Positions 46,731 through 55,595 of a stretch of 64,000 nt of DNA are shown in pieces. The stretch is from an uncultured Eubacteriales bacterium (GTDB lineage: Bacteria; Bacillota; Clostridia; Oscillospirales; Acutalibacteraceae), in assembly GCA_964408605.1 (NCBI GenBank), contig CAYPAB010000001.1:7491-71490 (forward strand), given 5' to 3'. Position numbers and translations under genes: made by a program. The notes below the pieces were generated by a model. It searched no databases. It worked only from the letters and a program-made list of their open reading frames with translations, and was not told the DNA's origin. The first letter of the stretch is position 1. Every line of letters begins with the position of its first letter.

Positions 46731-48563
46731 ATGAATGACAGGCTTCGCAGGTTAAAAGATAAGGCAAACAAGTTGCCCCTTACACCCGGCGTTTATATTA
46801 TGAAAGACCGAACCGGAAAAATTATATATATCGGTAAGGCAAAAGCATTGAAAAACAGAGTCAGCCAATATTTCGGCGCACAGGAAAAGCATCTCACAAA
46901 AGTTCGCAAAATGGTCGAAAATGTCGAAGATTTCGATTATATACTTACCGACAGCGAATTTGAAGCGTTGGTGCTTGAGTGCAGTCTTATCAAACAGAAT
47001 ATGCCTAAATATAATATTCTGCTGAAAGACGACAAAGGCTTCAGTTATATAAAAATAACACGTGGTTGGCGTAATATTTTCGCCGTTCTTCAAAAAGACG
47101 ACGACGATGCCGACTATCTTGGGCCGTACACCGCCGGGTATTCCGTAACAAAGGCTGTCGAACAGGCAAAAAAGATCTATAAATTGCCCACTTGCGGGAA
47201 AACTTTTCCCCGTGACATCGGCAAAGAGCGTCCGTGCCTTAATTATCATTTGGGCATATGCTGTGCGCCGTGTTCGGGCAAACTGGGGCTCGGTGAATAT
47301 CTGGAACACGTCGACGGAGCAATTGACTTTTTAAAGTTCGGCGGAAAAGAAACCGTTAAACGGCTGACGGAGGAAATGTGCGAGGCATCGGAAAAACTCG
47401 AATTTGAAAAAGCCGCCAAATTAAGAGATATAATCAAAAGTATCGAAAAAGTCGGAAGCAATCAAAAAGTCGTTTCGTCGACTTATAAAGAACAGGATGT
47501 TTTCGCTCTTGCCGTTATGGACGGAAAAGCGTGTTTTTCGGTGCTCCGTTTTGAAAACAACTGTCTTTCCGACAGCGAACATTTCTTTACCGAGGAGGGT
47601 GACCGCATCCCCTCGATGAGAGCGGAACTGATAACGGCTTATTATTCAATGAACAGACGTGTTCCGCCACGCATTGAAATTGACGGCGAGGTTGAAGGTA
47701 AAGAAGATATCGAAAAATGGCTTTCGGAAAAACGTGGTTCCAATGTAAATACGGTTATTCCGCAAAAGGGCACACAGGCAAGGCTTGTTGAAATGTGCAA
47801 ATCGAACGCCGTGCAAAAACTTTCCGAAAAATACCGTTGCAACGACAGAAACCGTGAGGCACTTGAAGAACTCGCTTTGTTGCTCGGTTTGAAAAACACA
47901 CCCGAATATATTGAGGCTTACGATATTTCGCACACGGGCGGAAGCGACAATGTTGCCGGTATGGTCGTTTTTAAAGACGGCAGACCTTTAAAAGAAGCAT
48001 ATAGGCGTTTTGCCGTTAAAGGCTTTTCGGGTCAAGACGATTATGCGTCAATGCAGGAGGTTCTTTCAAGGCGGTTCGAAGAATACCTGACCCGTTCGGC
48101 GGAAGGGTCGACCGTCGGCTTTGCGAAACTTCCGGATTTGATACTTCTTGACGGCGGAAAAGGTCAGGTTAACGCTGTTGTTCCGGTTATGAAAAAATAC
48201 GGTATTCAAGTACCGCTTTTCGGTATGGTTAAAAACAGCAAACACAGAACATCCGCAATTTCAACCGAAAACGGCAGAATCGATTTCAACGCACGAAAAA
48301 AAGCGTTTGCTCTTGTAACAAATATACAGGATGAAGTCCACCGTTATGCCGTTTCTTATCACAGAAACAAACATAAAAAATCAACACTCAACGCAACGCT
48401 CACTCAAATTAAAGGCATCGGCGACAAAAAAGCCCGAAATTTGATGATTGCGTTTAAAACGATGGATGCGTTACGCAAAGCGGATAAAGAAAAACTTATG
48501 AGCGTTCCCGGTATCAGCGAGGCAAATGCCGAGGAAATCATACGCTTTTTAATAAAAACTTGA
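46731..48563 (+). CDS. uvrC: Excinuclease ABC subunit C
   Basis: 610 aa. GIY-YIG (PGVYIMKDRTGKIIYIGKA), UVR domain (FEKAAKLRD), and C-terminal HhH. Confidence 0.96.
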   Translation: MNDRLRRLKDKANKLPLTPGVYIMKDRTGKIIYIGKAKALKNRVSQYFGAQEKHLTKVRKMVENVEDFDYILTDSEFEALVLECSLIKQNMPKYNILLKDDKGFSYIKITRGWRNIFAVLQKDDDDADYLGPYTAGYSVTKAVEQAKKIYKLPTCGKTFPRDIGKERPCLNYHLGICCAPCSGKLGLGEYLEHVDGAIDFLKFGGKETVKRLTEEMCEASEKLEFEKAAKLRDIIKSIEKVGSNQKVVSSTYKEQDVFALAVMDGKACFSVLRFENNCLSDSEHFFTEEGDRIPSMRAELITAYYSMNRRVPPRIEIDGEVEGKEDIEKWLSEKRGSNVNTVIPQKGTQARLVEMCKSNAVQKLSEKYRCNDRNREALEELALLLGLKNTPEYIEAYDISHTGGSDNVAGMVVFKDGRPLKEAYRRFAVKGFSGQDDYASMQEVLSRRFEEYLTRSAEGSTVGFAKLPDLILLDGGKGQVNAVVPVMKKYGIQVPLFGMVKNSKHRTSAISTENGRIDFNARKKAFALVTNIQDEVHRYAVSYHRNKHKKSTLNATLTQIKGIGDKKARNLMIAFKTMDALRKADKEKLMSVPGISEANAEEIIRFLIKT

Positions 48564-48636
48564 CAAAACGGTGCGTTTAATGTAATAATAAACTGATACT
48601 TTATGTGCGGTATGTTGAAATAAAGAGGTGCTGACT

Positions 48637-49173
48637 ATGAGAGTAATTACAGGTTCCGCCAGAGGGAGAAAACTCATAACTCTTGACGGCGAAAGTGTCA
48701 GACCGACCACCGATAAAGTCAAAGAGGCAATGTTCAGCATCATTCAGTTCGATATTGAAAGCAGTCGTGTGCTTGATATGTTTTGCGGTTGCGGTCAGTT
48801 GGGCATAGAGGCTTTAAGTCGCGGTGCGAAGTTTGCGGTGTTTACCGATATCTCACGTGATTCCGTGTCCGTTACGCAAAAGAATATTGAAAATACGGGC
48901 TTCGAAAGTTGTTCGAAAGTTGTTTTGAGCGATTCGTTGGAGTATTTGAACCGATCTTCCGAAACATTTGACATTGCTTTTCTCGACCCGCCGTACAGAG
49001 CGGGAATTATGACGGAAGCACTTGAACGTGTTAAAACTCACATCGCCGACGGTGGCATTATCGTTTGCGAAACTTCGGCGGAAGAAGTTTTGCCGGAGGA
49101 ACCGAACGGTTTTGTTTCGAAACGCTACAAATACGGCAAAATAGCACTCACCGTGTACAGAAAGGTTGTTTGA
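48637..49173 (+). CDS. rsmD: 16S rRNA (guanine966-N2)-methyltransferase
   Basis: MRVITGSARGRKL, VLDMFCGCGQLGIEALSRGA, FLDPPY. Confidence 0.9.
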   Translation: MRVITGSARGRKLITLDGESVRPTTDKVKEAMFSIIQFDIESSRVLDMFCGCGQLGIEALSRGAKFAVFTDISRDSVSVTQKNIENTGFESCSKVVLSDSLEYLNRSSETFDIAFLDPPYRAGIMTEALERVKTHIADGGIIVCETSAEEVLPEEPNGFVSKRYKYGKIALTVYRKVV

Positions 49174-49174
49174 T

Positions 49175-49663
49175 ATGGGTAAAACAGTAGTATGCCCCGG
49201 CAGTTTTGACCCACTCACGATAGGTCATCTTGATATAATAACAAGGTCATCAAAACTTTTCGACAAAGTCATTGTTGTCGTTATGCGTAATTTCAACAAA
49301 GATGTCGGGAGTTTTACCACCGAAGAACGGGTGGATTTTATAAAACGTTGCACAAAAGATTTGGATAACGTCAGCGTTGACACATATTCGGGTCTTTTGG
49401 CGGAATACGTTCGTGAAAAAGGCGCATCAGCCGTCGTTAAAGGCTTGCGAGCCATTTCCGACTATGACGATGAATTCCGTCAGGCGTTGACAAATCAGCG
49501 TCTTAATTCCGAAATGGAAACGATTTTTATGGTTTCGAACGCCGAGCATATGTTTTTGAGTTCGAGCGTAGTGAAAGAAGTTTGCAGGCTCGGTGGCGAT
49601 ATTACCCAGTTTGTCCCCGCGGAAATCTGCGACGATATAATTAAAAGATTGGGCAGACAGTAA
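49175..49663 (+). CDS. coaD: Phosphopantetheine adenylyltransferase
   Basis: VCPGSFDPLTIGHLD, KGLRAISD, ISSS-like SSSVVKE. Confidence 0.95.
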   Translation: MGKTVVCPGSFDPLTIGHLDIITRSSKLFDKVIVVVMRNFNKDVGSFTTEERVDFIKRCTKDLDNVSVDTYSGLLAEYVREKGASAVVKGLRAISDYDDEFRQALTNQRLNSEMETIFMVSNAEHMFLSSSVVKEVCRLGGDITQFVPAEICDDIIKRLGRQ

Positions 49664-49693
49664 TTTTTTACGCCCTTGAATAAACGAAAGGAA

Positions 49694-50257
49694 ATGTTAA
49701 ATATGAGTAATATTGAAACATCACTTGAAAGCATTGACAGTCTCATTGCCGAGGCTAAAACGATGCCTTTTTCATCAAAACTCATCATTGATGAAGAAGA
49801 ACTCGCAAGGCTTGTGGAGGATATCCGCTTGAATATGCCTATTGAAATCACACAGGCGAAAAAAATCGCCCAAGAAAGACGTGATATACTTAACGATGCC
49901 GAAGCACAGGCTGAGGAAATCATTCATAAGGCACGTCAAAGAGCGGATATTATGATTGAAGAACATCAAATCACCAAAGAGGCGAAAAGCGCCGCAGACG
50001 GTATTCTTCAACAGGCGAGAGACGATGCTTCCGCTATTCGTTCCGAAGCGAAATCTCACGCCCGTGAAATTACCGACAGAGCCGAAAAATGGTCAAATGA
50101 CATTCGCAGAAACGCAAGTTCTTATGTCGAAAACATTATAAGAGATACCGACGAAACTCTTACAAGAAGTGTAAACGACATCAGAAAACTCCGTCAGAGT
50201 GTCAGAGATGCTCTTTCGCAGAGCAATATTTCTTCAAAACCCAACTTCGACGACTGA
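49694..50257 (+). CDS. Coiled-coil protein of unknown function (ATPase subunit b/H-like heptads)
   Basis: About 187 aa, highly charged and helical (AQERRDILNDAEAQAEEIIHKARQRAD...). The start is ATG at 49694 or 49703. Confidence 0.55.
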   Translation: MLNMSNIETSLESIDSLIAEAKTMPFSSKLIIDEEELARLVEDIRLNMPIEITQAKKIAQERRDILNDAEAQAEEIIHKARQRADIMIEEHQITKEAKSAADGILQQARDDASAIRSEAKSHAREITDRAEKWSNDIRRNASSYVENIIRDTDETLTRSVNDIRKLRQSVRDALSQSNISSKPNFDD

Positions 50258-50276
50258 TTAAAGGTGATTTTTAATA

Positions 50277-52151
50277 ATGGAAAAAGAAAAATTGTGTTTG
50301 CGTTGTATGAGAAAAATCGGCGACAATACAATTTGCCCTTACTGTCGAAATGAAAGCACTCAGCCCCAAAAAGACCCGTATCTTCCGTTGAAAACGGTTG
50401 TCGGCGGTCGCTATCTTATCGGCAAAGTTGTGAGTGAAAACGGCGAGGGCTTTACATACAACGCTTTTGATCTTGAAGCCAAAAAACCGGTCTCCTTGCG
50501 TGAGTTGTATCCTAAGGGATTGCTTGCGAGGGGCGAGGGTAACTATTGCCTTGTGAACGTCGGAAAAGCCTCGGATTTTATTGATGCCAAAGATTCTTTT
50601 ATCAAACTTTGGGATAAACTTTCCGAACTCAAAGGCTTTACCGCACTTACTCCCGCAACCCATGTTTTTGAAGATTTGGGTACGGTCTATGCCGTAAGCG
50701 AATTTTTGGGCGAAGGTCAGTCTTTACGTGAATATTTGTTGGAAAAAGAACAGGGATTCATTTCGTGGGATGAAGCAAGGGTTCTTTTTATGCCCGTTCT
50801 TTCGGCAATCGGCGCACTTCACGGTGCGGGCATAGTTCACGGCGGTATTTCACCCGTGAACCTGATTATCGATGCCAACGGCAAAATGAGGATAACAGGC
50901 TACTGCGTTCCCGAAATGCGTATGGAAAAAAGCAATATGCAGTGCGAGTTGTTTGACGGTTATGCGGCTGTGGAGCAATACGGTTTCAGCAACGGCTTGG
51001 GCACATATTCCGATATTTATGCGTTTGCGGCAGTGCTTTACAGAGCGTTGATCGGAAGCACCCCGATAAGCGCCGCCTCAAGGCTCACAAACGACAAACT
51101 TATGATTCCCGGCAAATTTGCCGAGCAACTTCCGGCGTATGTTATAAATGCACTTGTCAATGCGTTGCAAATTCTTCCCGAAGACAGAACTTCAACCGCC
51201 GAGGCGTTGAGAGATGAACTCTCCGCTTCACCCGCCGCAGCGGGAACAGCGGCTGAGGCGTATTCGTCACACTATGCTTCGCTCGACAGCGACGGCGAAG
51301 ATGAAACGCCTTCGGTTCCTCCGCTTTTGGATGATGACGATGCCGATGACGGGCAAAGTTACGAAGAAAACGCAAAACTTAAAAAGAGCACGGTTGCCGT
51401 GTTTATTGTGAGTGCCGTTGTTTGTCTTGCCGTTCTTATCGGCGTTTTGGTAGGATTTAAAGGTTGCAACGATTCCAAAGAGGAACTTACCTCGTCGGAA
51501 TCGGAAAGCAGTGAATCCGTGCAAGACGGCGACACTCAAAGGCAAACCGAAATCGGTAACGTATCCATCAAAATTCCCAACTTCGTAGGCAAAATATACG
51601 AAGATATCAAAGATGACAATAAATACAAAGAAGCCCTTGAATTCCCGACACTTACAATTGTGACCGAATATGTCGAAAGTGCCGAGGAAAAAGGCAAAAT
51701 TCTGTCGCAGTCAATAAATGCGGGTACCGAGATAACATCGCTCAGCAAAAAAACAATTACCCTTAAAATCAGCGACGGATTGGAAGTGCCGGAAAAACTC
51801 GTCGGCAAACCGATGAAAGATGTTATTGACGATCTGAAAAACATCGGCTTCAAAAATATCAAAGCCGAATCGGGAAAAGTTGCCGGTAATATGACGGAAT
51901 CCAACACGGTCTACCGTATTGTTTATGACGATGACTCGTCAAACGATTGGGCGGAAATCCCGCAGGACAGACGCCTTTCTTCAACCGATACGATCATCGT
52001 GTATTATTACGGTGAATATGTGGAAACGACCGTAACTTCGCCGTCACAAACTACGGAACAGCCTAACGTACAGCCCGTGCAACCCGACATTTCGGAAACA
52101 AATTCCGCTACGGGCTCAGGGGATGTTTACGGTACGCCGGTAAACGAATGA
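50277..52151 (+). CDS. Zinc-ribbon / kinase-fold (catalytically degenerate) / TM / PASTA-like membrane protein
   Basis: CLRCMRKIGDNTICPYC. Kinase-like core with VSLRE (for VAIK), HGGISPVN (for HRDLKPxN), ITGYC (for DFG), and SDIYAFAAVLYRALIG. TM helix VAVFIVSAVVCLAVLIGVLVGF. Two PASTA-like repeats (IPNFVGK..., VPEKLVGKPMKDVIDDLKNIGF). Confidence 0.8.
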   Translation: MEKEKLCLRCMRKIGDNTICPYCRNESTQPQKDPYLPLKTVVGGRYLIGKVVSENGEGFTYNAFDLEAKKPVSLRELYPKGLLARGEGNYCLVNVGKASDFIDAKDSFIKLWDKLSELKGFTALTPATHVFEDLGTVYAVSEFLGEGQSLREYLLEKEQGFISWDEARVLFMPVLSAIGALHGAGIVHGGISPVNLIIDANGKMRITGYCVPEMRMEKSNMQCELFDGYAAVEQYGFSNGLGTYSDIYAFAAVLYRALIGSTPISAASRLTNDKLMIPGKFAEQLPAYVINALVNALQILPEDRTSTAEALRDELSASPAAAGTAAEAYSSHYASLDSDGEDETPSVPPLLDDDDADDGQSYEENAKLKKSTVAVFIVSAVVCLAVLIGVLVGFKGCNDSKEELTSSESESSESVQDGDTQRQTEIGNVSIKIPNFVGKIYEDIKDDNKYKEALEFPTLTIVTEYVESAEEKGKILSQSINAGTEITSLSKKTITLKISDGLEVPEKLVGKPMKDVIDDLKNIGFKNIKAESGKVAGNMTESNTVYRIVYDDDSSNDWAEIPQDRRLSSTDTIIVYYYGEYVETTVTSPSQTTEQPNVQPVQPDISETNSATGSGDVYGTPVNE

Positions 52152-52200
52152 CTTTTTCGGTTTTTTTCGGTCTTGCGAATAACATAATGTAAAAAAACTC

Positions 52201-52229
52201 TTGACAAAGCGAAATTAAACTGATATTAT
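52201..52229 (+). promoter_or_regulatory. infC operon promoter
   Basis: TTGACA, 17 nt, TATTAT. Confidence 0.6.
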
Positions 52230-52234
52230 ATTTG

Positions 52235-52353
52235 AGCAATAAAGCAGAACAGTTCCGTTCTCACCAAACGAGCGTATTGTTTGGTCAATAGTCCGCAGTT
52301 TTAACCTTTTGGTGTATTATTGGGCTTGAACGGAATTTTCCGTTCAAGCTTTT
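52235..52353 (+). promoter_or_regulatory. Probable L20-responsive leader with an intrinsic terminator
   Basis: A leader of about 120 nt ending in GCTTGAACGG-AATTTT-CCGTTCAAGC plus TTTT, immediately before the infC RBS. Its position matches the Firmicutes L20 leader. Confidence 0.45.
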
Positions 52354-52377
52354 AATATTTTCAGGAGGTGCTTACGT

Positions 52378-52893
52378 ATCAGCAAGGAAAATCAAATCAA
52401 TGAGGAAATCAGAGATAAAGAAGTAAGAGTTATTTCCGCACAGGGCGAGCAAATCGGCATTATGTCGTCTAAAGAAGCACTCGCTTTGGCAGAAAAAAGC
52501 AACCTCGATCTTGTCAAGATCGCTCCCGGCGCGAACCCGCCCGTCTGCAAAATTATGGACTACGGTAAGTTCCGCTTTGAGCAGGCAAAACGTGAAAAAG
52601 AGGCCAAGAAAAATCAAAAAGTTATGGATGTTAAAGAAGTTCGTTTGTCTTTAAACATCGATACAGGCGATTTTAACACTAAAGTGAACCATGCATTACG
52701 TTTCTTGCGTGACGGCAACAAGGTCAAAGTGTCCATACGTTTCCGTGGGCGTGAGATGGCGCACACAGAACACGGTCTTGATGTTATGCAACGTTTCGCC
52801 GAAGCCTGTTCCGAAAACGGAACCGTTGAAAAGGCAGCCAAACTCGAAGGTCGCTCGATGCTTATGTTCCTTGTTCCGAAAGCATCTAAATAA
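52378..52893 (+). CDS. infC: Translation initiation factor IF-3, non-AUG (AUC) start
   Basis: The in-frame extension upstream of the ORF-track ATG encodes ISKENQINEEIRDKEVRVISAQGEQIGIM..., the conserved IF3 N-terminus. AGGAGG at 52363-52368 lies 9 nt before the ATC at 52378. Confidence 0.85.
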   Translation: MSKENQINEEIRDKEVRVISAQGEQIGIMSSKEALALAEKSNLDLVKIAPGANPPVCKIMDYGKFRFEQAKREKEAKKNQKVMDVKEVRLSLNIDTGDFNTKVNHALRFLRDGNKVKVSIRFRGREMAHTEHGLDVMQRFAEACSENGTVEKAAKLEGRSMLMFLVPKASK

Positions 52894-52917
52894 TTGCAAA
52901 ATTAAGGAGGATTTATC

Positions 52918-53115
52918 ATGCCCAAGATTAAAACACACTCAGGCGCTAAAAAGCGTTTCAAAATGTCTAAAAACGGCAAACCCATTCGTGCACATGCCAA
53001 CAAGTCTCACATCCTTACCAAGAAGACCACAAAACGTAAAAGAGGTCTTCGCAAGACAAATGTTGCAGACGTTACAAATCAGAAGCAGATCAAACGTCTT
53101 ATTCCCTACAAATAA
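52918..53115 (+). CDS. rpmI: 50S ribosomal protein L35
   Basis: [15 protein letters not shown]. Confidence 0.96.
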   Translation: MPKIKTHSGAKKRFKMSKNGKPIRAHANKSHILTKKTTKRKRGLRKTNVADVTNQKQIKRLIPYK

Positions 53116-53141
53116 TTAACGGTAAACGGAGGTAACTTACA

Positions 53142-53495
53142 ATGGCACGTATAAAAGGTGCGATGATGACTCGCAAAAGAAGAAATAAAGTTCTTAAACT
53201 CGCTAAAGGCTATTACGGTTCAAAAAGCAAACTTTTCAAAACAGCGAAACAAGCTGTTATGAAAAGCGGTAACTATGCTTACATCGGCCGTAAACAGAAA
53301 AAGAGAGATTTCCGCCGTCTTTGGATAACAAGAATCTCTGCCGCTTGCAAAATGAATGATATCAACTATTCAACATTCATAAACGGTCTTAAAAAGGCCG
53401 GCATCGAGCTCAACAGAAAAATGCTTTCCGAAATCGCTATTGCAGATCCCGAAGGTTTCAAAGTTCTTGTTGAAAAGGCAAAAGCAGCCCTTTAA
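53142..53495 (+). CDS. rplT: 50S ribosomal protein L20
   Basis: [26 protein letters not shown]. Confidence 0.97.
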   Translation: MARIKGAMMTRKRRNKVLKLAKGYYGSKSKLFKTAKQAVMKSGNYAYIGRKQKKRDFRRLWITRISAACKMNDINYSTFINGLKKAGIELNRKMLSEIAIADPEGFKVLVEKAKAAL

Positions 53496-53508
53496 TAATC
53501 GGTTATTG

Positions 53509-53550
53509 CGCCCGACCAAGTCAGTATTGGTCGGGCGTTAGATGTTTTTT
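53509..53550 (+). terminator. rplT terminator
   Basis: CGCCCGACCAA-GTCAGTA-TTGGTCGGGCG followed by TTAGATGTTTTTT. Confidence 0.7.
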
Positions 53551-54354
53551 ACAGCGGGAGGGATCGCTACGGAAAAAATTACAAGTAAATCAAATGAACG
53601 CATAAAATATGCGGTTAAACTCCGTGAAAAAGATTCTTTCAGAAAAGCCGAGAACCTGTTTTTTATCGAGGGTGCAAGGCTCTGTGCCGACGCCGCTCGA
53701 AGCGGTGTTGCGGTAAAAGAACTTTTCGTTACGGAACGAGCGAAGGAAAAATACAGCGAGTATGTCGGTTCGGTTGAAAATTCGGCCGAGCGCTGTTTTG
53801 TTATATCCGAAGATGTTGCGGAAAAATTAAGCGACACAAAGAATCCGCAAGGGGTTTTCTGTGTTTGCAAAATGCTTGACAAAAATACAAATATAGGTAA
53901 AATAAAATACAATGGGAAATATGTTGCCCTCGAAAACGTTTCCAATCCGTCAAATTTGGGCGCCGTTGTCAGAACCGCCGAAGCGGTAGGGCTCGACGGC
54001 GTTATAATCAGCGGCGGTTGTGATATGTACAATCCGAAGTCGCAACGTGCGGCTATGGGTTCGCTGTTTCGACTGAATATTGTCGAAGTTGACGATCTGC
54101 CGTCGTTTTTGGGTGTGCTGACGTCAAACGGTATGTCGGTTTATGCCGGTGTGCCCGACCGTGACGCCGAAAGCATAACCGAAGTCGATATGAACGGCGG
54201 TGTTACCGTTGTTATCGGCAACGAGGGGAACGGGATCGGCGAGGCTGTTTTAAATGCGTCAACAAAACTTGTGACGGTTCCCATGAAAGGCAGAGCGGAG
54301 TCGCTCAATGCCGCCGCAGCGGCATCAATAATGATTTGGGAAATGATGAGATGA
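53542..54354 (+). CDS. TrmH/SpoU-family RNA 2'-O-methyltransferase (YsgA-like)
   Basis: ITSKSNERIKYAVKL, NVSNPSNLGAVVRTAEA, VIGNEGNGI, ESLNAAAAASI. Confidence 0.85.
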   Translation: MFFTAGGIATEKITSKSNERIKYAVKLREKDSFRKAENLFFIEGARLCADAARSGVAVKELFVTERAKEKYSEYVGSVENSAERCFVISEDVAEKLSDTKNPQGVFCVCKMLDKNTNIGKIKYNGKYVALENVSNPSNLGAVVRTAEAVGLDGVIISGGCDMYNPKSQRAAMGSLFRLNIVEVDDLPSFLGVLTSNGMSVYAGVPDRDAESITEVDMNGGVTVVIGNEGNGIGEAVLNASTKLVTVPMKGRAESLNAAAAASIMIWEMMR

Positions 54355-55562
54355 ATTTTTGTCCGGCTGAATATTGGATATGGCTTCAAACGGCGTTGGG
54401 AGCGGGTGCGCAAACAGCGGATATTTTGGCGTATTTCGAAACTCCGGAAAAGTTATATCTCGCAGGTTCCGAAGAATGGCGTCTGTCGGGTCTTTTCACC
54501 GAGAAAAAGATACAGGCGCTCAAAAACTCCACACCCTCGCAAACGGGTGAGGTGTTTAAAGAATGTCGCAAAAAAGGTTACACGATTATAACTCCCGACA
54601 GCAATATGTATCCCGAAAGGCTCAAAACCCTTTCGAATATGCCTTTGGTGATATACGGAATAGGTGACTGTTCGGTTCTTTCCGACACGGTGTCGATTGG
54701 TGTTGTCGGCACAAGGGATGCAAGTGCTTACGGTATTCAAACGGCTCAAAAACTGTCTTACCGTTTGGCTCATGCCGGCGCTACGGTTGTAAGTGGCGGT
54801 GCTTTGGGAATAGACAGCGAAGCCCACGCCGGTGCAATGCTCGCCAAAGGCAGAACTTTTGCGTTTTTGGGTTGCGGGCTTTCCTACAATTACTTAAAAG
54901 AAAACGCCTCCTTACGGCGGGCGATAACAAGGTACGGTGCGGTGTTTTCCGAATATCAGCCTTTTACGGCACCGTCACGTGCAACGTTTCCCATACGAAA
55001 CCGCCTTATTTCCGGTGCTTCTTTGGGAATAGTTGTTATTGAGGCGGGTGTGAAAAGCGGTTCTCTTATTACGGCGAATTGCGCACTCGAACAGGGCAAA
55101 GATGTTTTTGCCGTTCCGGGCGATATAGTCCGTTCTTCTTTCGACGGAACAAACCACCTTATCAAAAACGGTGCGAAACCTGTTTTTTCGGCGGAGGATA
55201 TACTGAGCGAATACGAATATCTTTACGGCGACCTGTTCGATATGGAAAAGGCACGTGAGCCGTTAAATACGCTGAAATACGTTGATTACCGCAAACCGAA
55301 ATCGGAAAGGGAAAAAGTCGAAAAAGTGACGGTACCGGAAGAACCTCGTAAAGAGCCGTCAAAACCCGTTCTCGACGACAGCGTAAGCGAGAATGCGAAA
55401 GAGGTCTTTAAAGTATTAAAAGACGAACCGTTGCATATTGATGATATCGTCAGGGCAACGGGGATGAAAATGAATATTGTACTGTCATCTTTAACGGAAC
55501 TTGAACTTATGGGTGTTGCGCAACAGATGACAGGTAAAAAATACAGATCGGTGTCGGAATGA
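54351..55562 (+). CDS. dprA: DNA processing protein DprA
   Basis: ATGA overlap with the upstream stop. VGTRDASAYG, GGALGIDSEAH, FPIRNRLISGAS, VVIEAGVKSGSLITA. Confidence 0.92.
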   Translation: MNFCPAEYWIWLQTALGAGAQTADILAYFETPEKLYLAGSEEWRLSGLFTEKKIQALKNSTPSQTGEVFKECRKKGYTIITPDSNMYPERLKTLSNMPLVIYGIGDCSVLSDTVSIGVVGTRDASAYGIQTAQKLSYRLAHAGATVVSGGALGIDSEAHAGAMLAKGRTFAFLGCGLSYNYLKENASLRRAITRYGAVFSEYQPFTAPSRATFPIRNRLISGASLGIVVIEAGVKSGSLITANCALEQGKDVFAVPGDIVRSSFDGTNHLIKNGAKPVFSAEDILSEYEYLYGDLFDMEKAREPLNTLKYVDYRKPKSEREKVEKVTVPEEPRKEPSKPVLDDSVSENAKEVFKVLKDEPLHIDDIVRATGMKMNIVLSSLTELELMGVAQQMTGKKYRSVSE

Positions 55563-55595
55563 TCCGACCGCAGTAAAAACGAAAGGATGAAGCAA

